Below, piece after piece: positions 26,466-38,600 of a stretch of 64,000 bases of DNA (its first letter is position 1; each line of letters starts with the position of its first letter). Where the stretch lies: the NCBI GenBank assembly GCA_025786725.1, contig JAHLTZ010000005.1, positions 248,001-312,000 on the forward strand, read 5' to 3'. Made by a program: the position numbers and the translations under genes. Under the pieces are notes generated by a model. It made no database searches and was not told the DNA's origin. It was given only the letters and a program-made list of their open reading frames with translations. The stretch is from Syncephalis fuscata S228. Taxonomy: Eukaryota; Fungi; Zoopagomycota.

Positions 26466-26536
26466 GCGTAGTTGGTTTAGTGGTATAATTACCGCCTGCC
26501 ACGCGGTAGACCGGGGTTCGATTCCCCGACTACGCA
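26466..26536 (+). tRNA. tRNA-Gly (anticodon GCC, 26498-26500), no intron
   Basis: Acceptor GCGTAGT/ACTACGC, anticodon stem ACCGC/GCGGT with loop CTGCCAC, T-arm CGGGG-TTCGATT-CCCCG, A box TGGTTTAGTGG. Confidence 0.97.
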
Positions 26537-26540
26537 ATCC

Positions 26541-26550
26541 TTTTGCTTTT
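26541..26550 (+). terminator. Pol III terminator T-tracts (TTTT-GC-TTTT)
   Basis: First runs of at least 4 T downstream of both the 5S and the tRNA gene. Confidence 0.6.
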
Positions 26551-27342
26551 GCTGCGACTGATAGGTCACGTGATCTAAATACTGAATAACAAGCGTAAAA
26601 TATAGAAAGTGAGGCTATATACTAAAGGTAATTGCTAATGCAAGATATAGAGCAGCCGCGTGTAAAAAAGCGTAGATATCTGTTTTAAAGTGACAAGGGA
26701 ACTATCCAGCGTGTATATATTTAGAAATAGAAGTAAAAAGACACATGTTTATTTAATATACAATGCACTTTAAGTAGTTGTATGCTATTAAAATAGCGAA
26801 AAGAAATACTAATTGTCTGGGTAATTATATGGCCATTTTAGATAGCCATGTGGCCACAATCAATTGGACTGTAAATGCTTGTTTATTGTCTACCATCTCC
26901 GATTGTATATGAGTTCTAATTGCAGCACTAATTGTAAGTACTATATATAGTCTTTGTTGTAAAATCGTTTATTCATCAACATGACAAACGTTGTGAATGG
27001 AGTCTAGATCGGTTGTTATAATGACAATCATCGGTCTAAAAATATATTTACAAGCAAATTCAATGGAACTGCCAACCAATTAGCACTATTATGCTAATAG
27101 TCATAGTTTATGATTGTAAATTATGCTAAATCAACAATAAAAATTATAATTAGGACAATATGCTATAAGCCGTGCGACAATGCAATACATGTTTAGCACT
27201 GTTACAATAATTAGTGATATAGAACTAGTCTTGTTTATTATATATAGAGCATTGTAAATATGTAAATCTGGAGGTTCACACATTAAGCATTCTTCTTCTA
27301 ATTGAACCTATCAACACCTTTATCAGCACAATTATTATCAAT

Positions 27343-27494
27343 ATGAAGCTTTTTACTACTACCATTTGCACATTTGCTTTGGCTTTGTTGCTGGCGCAAC
27401 TATGATTGCTGCCAGACCATTCTCAATGCATCATGGGCCTAATGAATCAAAAGCAACTGTGACCATAAAACAGACTAATAGACCTTGTCATTAA
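27343..27494 (+). CDS. Putative ~50 aa secreted peptide precursor; needs one base restored near 27385
   Basis: MKLFTTTICTFALA(F)VAGATMIAA-RPFSMHHGPNESKATVTIKQTNRPCH*; signal-peptide pattern, locally higher GC, TA-rich TATA-like run ~100 nt upstream. Confidence 0.5.
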
Positions 27495-28708
27495 TTTTAA
27501 ACGCATTTTACATCCAAATTGAAAGATCAGCAGTAATCAAGCGTCCAGCTTGAGTATACCAAGTATTAGTGCGATATTCAATTTATCCATTGTATTGTCA
27601 ATAATATTTTAATTGATTTTATACAACAAATAAACTGGATTTACAATAAACAGATTACATTTACTATATCTATCATCTATACTAGTTAAAGAAAAAATAA
27701 AACGTTATTAGTTATTTTTGTTGTATTTATTGCCGTTTGAATAGTATTTTGTTATAAATATTTGGTTTTAAAATATGACAAAAATGTTGCAATTTTCATA
27801 GCGTGCTTATTGCTTGAAATTAAACTGCAACATATCAATTTGCAAATTAATGAATAGCAATGAGTAAACTGAATTGTTTATAATAATTATAGAATTAGCC
27901 GAAAATAGCAGAGCTGATAGCATCACCATTTTCGAGTTAAAATATATACACTAAATGAGATATAGCCTAAATTATTTGTTTAAACCACGCAAGCAAAAAT
28001 GTAATGCAGCGACAAATCAAGCGCGTAATACAGTTTGAGCAATAGGCCAAAACTAGCATCCTATTTGTATGTACAATTTATTAAATTACAAATCAAGCAT
28101 CGTTAAAGCTACTACTTGATTCGCATTGAAATTAAGGTGTTCTCAAGTTACAGTTCTTTATAGTTACTACAAACTTATAGCAAAAAATTATGATTAAATA
28201 TCTTTACCTTGTGTTAGCAGTTTTAAATAACATAGCTGTAAAGTTAGATATTCAGAATGTTTAAATTGCTGCAAATTGCTCTATATCTTTTTTATTTTTT
28301 TTCACAAAATTTTATATACTTTGCCACATGGCTATTTGCTAAAAAAATCGCATTACAATATGGCAATGACAACGTGTTAGTGAAACAACGCTGTATTTCA
28401 AATTCAGAATCTAAGTTTTTCCGTAATGTTTGTATACCATTTCAGGCCCACTGCCATTTAATTGTATCTCCGATCTATACTAGATCTAACAAATGACTGT
28501 CACGCCCGGCGCATAGCTATGAGCATACTGATTTTTGCGATAACCAGCTTGTTATAAAACGCAGTGCAAATTTAAGCAATTTCTCGCGTTTTTTACTTTT
28601 GAATCTTATCTCCAATAACGTTATCGTCAAAACTACATCATTTTAAGCCTCTTACGAATATCATTTTAAAGCAATTCCTTATTTTCTAGACAAGTTAAAA
28701 TCGTTGCA

Positions 28709-29808
28709 ATGATATTTCACAACACATTTACAACTGCTACGGTTGCTATCGTATTTTTGCTTGTATCAAAAATCCAGAATAATCCTGATGCACAGCCAAT
28801 TATAACTCAGAAACAAATATCAACTGAATCGATTGGTATGGAAGGAAGTAAGCTGTGCTGTGTTGTTTAAAATAACATATTAGCTAAATTAAATCAATAG
28901 ATGGTGGCTACTTTTTTGGATATTATATGCGTATAGGCGGAATATTTGGAGATAAGAATCTAAGAGCTACGGGGCCTGTTTACAAATCAAATCGAAATGT
29001 TAACCACTATCAAGCAATGGGTGAAATATTTGGTTTAGCCAAAGAAGATAACAAAAAAGTTAAAATCATATGTGGCCCTAAAGCCCAAACTATCGATTCG
29101 ATTAAAGACGACGGAGAATGGTACATTTCTGACAAAGAGTTTTTGTTTTATCAGGTATTGTCTAATCATGAGTTTAACATAGTAGTTAACATAATTTATG
29201 ATAGAAATGCTCAGAGGAAGGCTCTAAACGGCCAGGAAACAAGCCACTATTACGAAATCTTGGATGTAATATTATTAAAACCTACGACACCAACAAAAAT
29301 CATATTTGCTATTTAGCTGAATTTATTGAACCTAGTGGTTATACGCTTAGTTCACCATTGCTCAACCAACTCATTACAATGAAACATGGCGCTTTCAATA
29401 CTGTGTATAAGCAATTTTCACAAAGTATGTGTTCCATAAATTATTGTAACATACTTATAAGTTTGTGAAATAGGTATCAGGCTTGCAAAAAAGCTAGGAT
29501 TTCTTTATACAATAGATAAAGAATGTAAGTTTGTAATTATATCACTATATTAGTAGCTTAAAAATTTATTAGGCGTGAGGATACACAATAATTTCGATGT
29601 TGCAATGGATTGCTTTAACGATTTAGATCTCGTTAAGCTTTTATCTAAAACAGAGCACGATGAAAGAATTATGTTTTACAATGCTGGTATTTATGATTTT
29701 TTCCGGGGAGTTACTCTCACTACTAAGCTTAGTAAAGAAGATCAAGATAGAATGCACAAAAATTATATTGAACCTTTATTGGTGCCTGGAGTGGAGTTTT
29801 TAAATTAA
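28709..29808 (+). CDS. Secreted kinase-fold (pseudokinase-like) protein, ~300 aa; introns 28848-28900, 29155-29204, 29425-29473, 29525-29572
   Basis: Four GT-AG introns give one open frame; hydrophobic N-terminus; NIIKTYD..HICYLAEFI and LAKKLGFLYTIDKECVRIHNNFDVAMDCFNDL follow kinase subdomain IV-V and VIb-VII spacing. Confidence 0.65.
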
Positions 29809-30142
29809 CAAAAAAGCTTTATTTAAGGCATGTTAAAAAATGGTAACAATAAAGCTCAGCTGATCAGATGCGTCTGAATTCGTTGGGCAAATGGCTATGC
29901 AGTTTATACGTTTTATAAACGGATTAGAGACAGTTTTTACAAATTAAATAAATAAAGCCTTGCTTTACATTTGTTATTAACACAAAACAGTTTAAAATTA
30001 AACATGATCGACATGTAATAGTATTCATATTCCATTATTATGCATTTAATAGTTAGTATAAAATGAATCAAAAAATATAATTTAAATAGCAGATCCACAA
30101 AAACCAAAATTCAAATAATAAAGCAGTCTTGATTATTTAAAT

Positions 30143-30949
30143 ATTGTTACATTTTTAATTGAAAGTTACAATGTAGATGATTAAAAACGGATTATCCAGA
30201 CGTCACCCTATAATGTTATTGTATGATGCTTGTTAGCGCTCACCTTAACATTTAGAATACAATGTGTTGGCTAGTCGATATTAATTTGATAATAAACATT
30301 TATTATTGGCCATTAATTACTACGGCTTAGCCATAATAGATTGAACAATTTGTATAGAATTAAAAAAATAAATGGAACTAGAATGAATATATTTGCTGAT
30401 ATTAAATAAAGTTAGCATTTTATATTAAACGTAGCCAATAATAAAGCCTGAATGGTTGTATTATTTATCATCAACACAGCATATCACTTTATGCAACTGT
30501 TCGTATGTTTACAACGAACAAATACTTACCGGCTATACTATTTAATAGTTGTTTATTGTTAGTAATTAGTGCTGCTAATTAATGTATTTATTATTATTAT
30601 GAATATCTACATGTAATCTTAACAAACTGTTTAGGCACATGCTGTGTTTATTAGACACATTCTCATAGCAGTATGGGCATAGTAGCAAGATAGTAGCAAT
30701 ATGGCTGTTGTAAAATAGTATATTTTTACTTCTAATAGTTATGACCGCTGAAAAATAGGCTAGTATAGTTGTAACGTTTTGAATGTAAATAGAGCGCTAG
30801 TTTACAAATATAAAATGGGAAACTATCGTGTCAATGTTTAAAAATATAACTTATGTAATTTAGTGGTGTAATTCAGTGAGTCCAAATTAAAAACCAATAG
30901 TAATTATTATGATTTTACATAAAACAAAGCAAATTGCTTGATATTCTGC
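30143..30949 (-). repeat. Dispersed repeat family C, copy 2
   Basis: Reverse complement of 14506-15314. Confidence 0.9.
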
Positions 30950-32439
30950 TAATAGTTATCTATATGTCATATGCATACTTGTACGAAATATCATACAGTT
31001 TGGTTCATTATACGTAAAGTTATACGTATTAGTATCAATGCTCTATTATTTAAATTATTACTATTAATTATGCTATTGCCTTTTGCCATTTAATTACACT
31101 AAAGTCACTTTTTAACACTACTAAATACTGTTATAGCATTAATGCAACATGCTTATGCTTAGATTTGTAAAATAACGCACCATCAGCATTTTAAAATGTT
31201 ATAAATAATAAAAAACATTTTTGCTGTAACCATAGCTATTAAAATAAAATGCTACATTTCTACGATGGTTATATTATTATAAATAACAAATAATGTCGTT
31301 TTTCAATATTCGCTGATATTGTACGTCAATAGTAAGGTTTTATGTATTATAAACTTAATACTGTTAATGATACATTTTCCACTTTATATTTATTTTATTC
31401 CATATCATTTATTTTGTAGTAGTAACATACTATTCATAATTGTTGTCCGTTTGTCCCTAGTTCAATTGCCAATACACTTTGACTAACTTTGTTTATTGAG
31501 CCATACGGATGAGTAAAACAAATAAAACAAATCTACGTAAAATTATTGTCTTATTAAATTATGTATTAGATTGGTTATTTATAACCAATAATTGCCGGAC
31601 TAGTTAACGCCAAATAGGCCATATAAAATAGGGAAAAGTTAAATAATAAATGAATGCAAATACCAATATTGCAATGTTGCGAAAATGTAACGATATGATA
31701 ATATTTACAATATATATATTTATACAGAATAATCACAATAGTGAATCTATAATAATAATAAATATTTTGATAACTGATATAACTTACCATCCATCTCCAT
31801 ATTCAATAAAATGAATGTATAATTTAATTGCGCAAATATTACCAGGTTTAGTTATTCGATTCCCCTCAAATAACACTAAACTATTAACACACTAACAGCG
31901 GTAGTCAAGCTTAACGCTAATACTAGTGCTGTTATAATAATGCGTAGGTGCAGCAATCAATGCTTATTGTTTTGTTTTATAGCGCTAAAGCTATACCTTA
32001 CCATAATTAATATTATATATTAACAATTGCTTATTGTTTAGTGTGATTTGAATGCCAAATAACTACATTTAATAAATATTTATACATTTGACTAGATATT
32101 TGCTCTATTGAACATAATGATGGGTGATGAGTAACATCAAAGTTTAAAATACCCATTATCATAGATTTATTATCCAGTACGCATATATTTTCTATTCATC
32201 TATATCGTTAGTAATATATGCCTATACTATTATATATTACTTTATGCTATACTGAATACATTATATTGTTATAGGTTTCAATTACATATAGTTTGCTAAA
32301 TGAATGAAATGAATAAGTTAAAATTTATTAATAACAAAGCTAAAGCAAAAAGGACAACTGCAATAGCTAGCACATAGTTACTAGACAATAAAATACTATA
32401 CAACATAGTGAATACACGGTGCGAAGTGACGATTAGTTA

Positions 32440-33205
32440 TGTTCAAGTTATTGAGCATATATACATGATCAATGGTCAACATTAGTCGACATTTATTAAC
32501 AATAAAGCTAGAACAAAAATAAATGTAGTTTTGATACAAAATGACTTAGTGAATATAGAATAGTATATAAAATGGCAAATGTACGGTAAGAAAGTATATA
32601 AAACGATGTCGAAGGTATAGTGTGTATAGCGCAATGGGTACAATGAGTGGAGTATATTGAAACACATAAACAATAGAATGTATTTAGTATATCGTAGAAT
32701 AATATATAGTATCATGAGATAGAATAGGAATGACATAGGTGAATAGAGGATATATGCATACTGGATAATGAATCTACAATGATGAGTATTTGATGCTTGA
32801 TGTCGCTCACCACCCATTATCATGTTCAATAGATTGGCTATTATTGATTTTAGTCATTTGACTCCCAAAAAGCAATAAGTGTGATAATGTGACGATTAAA
32901 TAAAACTCACCACTTGTCCCATGTTCAATAGAAGAATGTGTAGTTCAGTTGCGCGAATGTTATTAAAAATAATCATTTGACACAAATCACATTAAATGCC
33001 TAATAAATTGTTTAATATAAAAATATTATCTTTATTTAATTAATAAATAATGTAATATATACAATCATAAATTGAATAACGCTGTACATAAAAAGACTAT
33101 GAACAAATTGAAATACAAATGGAAGAGTTGTTTAAATAGTAGAATAAAACAAAGAATGAAAATCAATTGCATAAAAACAAGTATACTAATAGAATAATGT
33201 CAACA
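32440..33205 (-). repeat. Dispersed repeat family A, copy 2
   Basis: Reverse complement of ~1826-2600. Confidence 0.88.
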
Positions 33206-33415
33206 GCAATGCAATAGTTGTAATAAGAATAGTAGATAACAGACAAGTATAGTTATAGAACAATTTTAGTATTAATTAGATAATAGTGCACAATATTGTG
33301 CCAGTAATACTATTTTAATACTATGATTAAAAGCTTGCTACAATATAATCATACACAATTGTTAGTAATTCATCTAAAAAGTATTATAAAATACTCTTTA
33401 TTGTTAATAAAAGCT

Positions 33416-34643
33416 TTAGTTGGATTTAGTTGATAGTTCAACGGCAAATCCTACAGAAACTTTAGCATAACGAAGTGCATGATTAAAATCAATATCCTTT
33501 ACTGTGTCACGAGTTGTGTGAATGTGACCGTTAGCCTCCAAATCATCGGCTAATTATTATTGTTATTATACATTATTATTAGCATTAAATTATTACATTT
33601 AGTTAATTACTTACTTTCAAAATGGAATGCTGATCGGAAGCCATACTTGTTCCATGATGCATGGTCGGAGCAAGCATAGCCGCATCTCATCTCGCTCCAT
33701 TTAACGCCTGAATAAGTTTCAATAAGCTGTTTAAGGAATCCAGTTAATTCACCGTCGACAAAATCGGTTACTACACCAATAACTTCAGGTTCGGGACGGT
33801 AGCCGGTCATATCATTCTGTAGCGCTGCTACTACTTTACGACCTTCTCGAGTGTAGGCAGCTGCCACGTCTTGCGATCCAAGTAAACCACCTTCTTCAGC
33901 AGAATACCAATGGAATTCAACTGACCGTTCTGGTTGGAATTTACCGGCAACTAATGCACGGAATGATTCTAAAATAGTTACAGTGCCAGAACCATCGTCG
34001 TCAGCACCGGGAGATCTACCAAATGATGGCATCCATTGATTGACCGAGTCTTGATGTGCACTAACAATAACAGTCTCTTCTGGATATTTACTGCCTTCAA
34101 ATCGAGCAATAATGAGCTTTGTGGCCAACGATGTTCAAACACTCGCACAGTAACCTTGGCCTTGTCATCGTCATCATCATGGCCTGTAGATTTAATGACC
34201 TTCTTAATCTGCTTGAAGAGGTATTCTTGCGATTCTTTACCCGATTTGCTTTTATAATAGCGTGTATAGAATGAAGTAAATTTGTCAAGTGTTTCACGCA
34301 TCAAGCTTGTGTTCATGGTCTTCAAGTACTGCTGAACCTTACTATGGTGTTTTGGCGCAGCAGGAAGTGAGGTACGGAATGGTGGTGCAAAGGACATGCC
34401 ATCTTGGTAATTTTCAGTTATATCCATAAAACGAATGCGATGACGCCTCAGCAAGTCCACTTGTCGTTCTGACATCCATTCTGGCGGTGAAGTTTCTGAT
34501 GTTTGGATAAGACGATGGGAACTGGCGTCAGATGATGAGGCACGTAAGGTTAGCTGGTCAAAACCAGTCACCGAAGTGGTCAAAGTAGTGGCAGCAAGGC
34601 ATAGTGCTGCTACTAATGCCGTAGTTGAAGTAACAAAGTGCAT
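33416..34643 (-). CDS. Second secreted M28 leucyl aminopeptidase; intron 33550-33614; 1-nt frameshift near 34112
   Basis: Signal peptide MHFVTSTTALVAALCL; SAHQDSVN, PGADDDGSG, FHWYSAEEGGLLGS, QNDMTG, CGYACSDHASW; last exon HIHTTRD..GFAVELS. Confidence 0.93.
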
Positions 34644-34912
34644 TATAGACACTAATACTCTTATAATATTCAATTGAACAAAATGTTGTTATATATAAAC
34701 AACAGTGACAAAGAATACGTTTAAATACGTACAAGATGAATAGGTAAATAGAATGAGTAGATGATAAACAGGTAGCAAAAGATAGTAATAGTAGTAGAAA
34801 GGGGTAGATTGAGCTGGAGAATATAACAAGTCTCAAGTAAAGACGAAATGATGAGTAATAAATACCAATACTAGTCACGTGGATATATACGTGTGAATGG
34901 CTAAATTGTATT

Positions 34913-35529
34913 TTAACATTTCTATTTACTTATTTCACTCCCTTTTTCTTAATACTTTTATTACAATTAAACACTATTCATTACTATAATATGTATAATA
35001 TTGCATCCAACATTAATTAATTCATGTGTAATTGTCAGTATAATAATGTAATCAATCAGTTATTTTTATTATTGCTTAATATATATACATTGTCATTATG
35101 ATATTAACTGTTCAAATGCCATTTATTTAGTCAGATTGGCTATAGAGGAAGTGGCTGTTTAATAAACGACATTTATAATAATTATATTAATCTTGATTTA
35201 CATCACAAATATGCCCAAAATGCAATAGTAGAATATTAAAAAATAGAAGATACATTTAGATGTAATCCATGCTGTACATAGATGCAACAACAACAAATAC
35301 AGAACGATATGGAATTGCAATCATATGGCTTCTATTAATATTCGATCAATCTTTTTACATATGGCAAACAACAACAACAATAATCGGCTTCAAGTGTTTA
35401 AAGAAATCAAATAGTATGTTATATTCTTTATTTAAATAATTTATTAACAATATTTTAATAAAAGTAATATAGCTGTGTTGTGCATAACAACATGACTTCA
35501 ATTGGAATAAATTTGCTTTGGAAGTCAAA
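34913..35529 (+). mobile_element. Repeat family B, copy 3: Fanzor-relic element with 3' hairpin tail, inverted relative to copies 1 and 2
   Basis: Reverse complement of 15378-16000 with small indels; contains ACATCACAAATATGCCCAAAATGC (TSQICPKC). Confidence 0.72.
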
Positions 35530-35650
35530 ATGTGGAATTCAAAGTATAATAACTCCCGTATAAGTAAATACAATAAGTGTAATACATTTATTGGTACTTG
35601 GATAATGTTACTACTACTATTACTACTATTACTACTACTATATTACTATA

Positions 35651-38600
35651 CTAGGCAGAGAGACAGCGACAATGACAGTCCGATACTGGACACCGCTCAT
35701 GATCTTCAAACCATTCTAGTAAATGAGCAGCATGTCCACCATGACGACACGACTGGCACCAGGTAAACCAAAGGTCAAAGCCAGCTGGACGACCTAGATA
35801 ATAGATAAGTATGGAGTGGTCAAACTATACGTAGCTAGCTATTTACCTTGACCGGCTGAACGGTGGAGTGCTGTGGCCTGGCGAATCTCATCAACAGGTG
35901 TGCCTAATCGCATAAGGCATAACGAACACCTTGGTAACATATTACGGCAATTGGGACAACAATACGTCTATAACAACAACAGTATTGTTATTAATTAATA
36001 AATAAATAGATAGATAGTGTAATTAAATACTTACCCGCAATCGTGATGTATGTGATTCTTGGCCTACCATACCCGGTGCAGCCGCAACACGACGGCCATC
36101 TTTGTCGGGCATAAGTAACTATGAGCTACACTTTGATTCAGAAGCCACAGCGTACATAGACTTGGGGTGCGGGAATACCCGATGTATCACCTTGAATGCG
36201 TTGACGTCGACCACGATCAATATCAAATCGTGCTCTAACATGGTAACATTGCCAACGATCAAGTAAAAATCGATAGCTAATTAAAGTGTTATCAATAAAA
36301 GTAAAGTGTTATAACAATAAATGTCCCCACCTACTGACCCAGTCTTCAACACGAGCATCTTTAAATTTACGTAATGGCACTTGACTAACAATTAAACTGG
36401 CGGTTTGCACATCACCTGTACGATCAACAAATCGTGATAACAATCCTACACCCACACTGGTAAGACCAGTCAGTATAAGACCGTCAATATCACCACGAGC
36501 TGTGGCACGTGTGGCGTATTCTTCAATATAAACTAGTAACTATAAATGATAGGTTATTTAATTGTCGTTATCGCTATTGATATATAATAATAAGCGTAGT
36601 TACTTACTTCATCGTCACTAAGGAATCTTAATGCTACACCAAGTCGATCACGGAATGGCAAATCGGTAATGGCCAATACGGATGACCATTCACCAGATGC
36701 AATATAAGCAAATATTGCTCTTAAATAAGGTCCCTTTAGATCAACACTAAGTGATTTACATAGTTCACGCCATGTATTGTAGCAGTTGTATCTCGGTGAT
36801 AGCCGGCCAATACAGTAGAAATAAGTCGATGTTTTTCATCTAATAAATTTGTTACTATTATAAATATACTAGTATAAATGTATTTACCTTTACTTGAGCT
36901 AAGTGCGGCTACTGCACGGGCTACTTTGCCATGAAATAAGGCCCAGGCAGCCGCTCTTTCATAATCTCCAGATGCTTGTAAGCTAATAATGATTGATTTG
37001 TATCTATTATATATTAATGCTGCTGTAAACAACTTACGTTTCCATTGTTGCTTCAATTCGACCACTAAAGCCAAGTGCTAAGAGAGCAATGGTTCTTAGT
37101 TCTGGTTTTAATGTTGGTGCCATTGGTGTTTCTTCTCCTTTCGGTTCAGGTGTTGTGCAGTAGTGGCATTGTCGGGTGTCTCTGTACGAGTTATCAGCAT
37201 AGGCGAACTTGCTTGTGGTGTTGATGTGGCACGTTTAGGTGCTATTGATTAATAGTATTTTATTAATAATGTTTTATTATTAATATAATAACTTACCACG
37301 TACACCTTGCACAATATGCATCACACCTTGATAGCTAAAATCAACACCTTGTGATACTAGACGGCCCATTGTTGATAATTGTTCCTCAGCTATATACTAA
37401 ATTAATATAAATTATATAATTATGTAACGACTTACAAGCAAGCCAGGCCCATACTTGTGCAACTTTCGATCATCGCGAATAAATGTTCTATTTTTCTCTG
37501 GCTATCGAGTAGTATTATTGGTATTACAGTGTTAGTGCCATTTTAATAAATAAACTATAGTATTTAAGCTTACATTCATTGAATAGCCATGAATGGCTCT
37601 TTCTCGCATAACAACAGAAATATCAGTTCGTAATTCTTCTATTGCCTTTGCTTTAATGGTTTGTCGATTAGCGCGTACTTCTGCACTGGCCGGCTTTTGT
37701 GGTGCTGCACCCATAGTATCGGTGGACATATGAATACGCATCAATTCAGCATCACGTGAATTGCGTCGAGAACTTTGTACACTTTGTTGAGCACTTAAAA
37801 TACCTAAACCACTCGATATTTGAGCAGGTAATGGTGTGATGCGTCGTGGTTCATCAATATGTGGTGCATTTGGTACGGCTGATACAGCCGTAGTTTGTGT
37901 ACTTCGTAAATGAATTTGGTGTGGAGGTGCGGGCAGACTTGATGTTGGAAATACAAATATGTCTTGATCACCTGCTACTAGTAATCCACCACATGGATCC
38001 CATGCAATACGTCTGGCTTCTTGTAGCTCGACACACTCAATAACACCATCCCTATTAACTGACATAAGGCTCGACGTAGCACGGCCAGGTGTGGTGGGGA
38101 TCCAGGCAAATGATGCTAATGGACGTAGTGCCGGCTTTGCTATTAATTCATCAAATTCATAGTAAGTAATTAGCTACCTGATTTAATTCATATTATTACT
38201 TTGTCTTGATCGCCATAGTACAGGTACATCAATTGGATCACTTGATGGTAGACTGGGAGAAGAGACACGCTCAGAGCTACCAGATGTGACGCCAAAGAAG
38301 CCGGCTAAACTACTTGTGGCCCCTGTTACATTAACACCACCAGTGCGCGTATCATGGCTAGTGGTCTGTGTTGTAGGTCCAAATCCAAATACACGCTGTG
38401 GGCCATTTTGAACCGCTGTTCCTGTACTATTGGTGTTATTGCCTATTGTAGAGCCACCATGTTGATTTGTTGATTCGGATTGTGGTAGAATTGTGGTACT
38501 GGTATAGTTGCGCGTTGTACCTTCCTGTAGATCCCATAGTCGGATGTAAGGCGAATCTTTGCCATGAGTGGCCAACAGTCCCGAACGACGTGGCGAGTAA

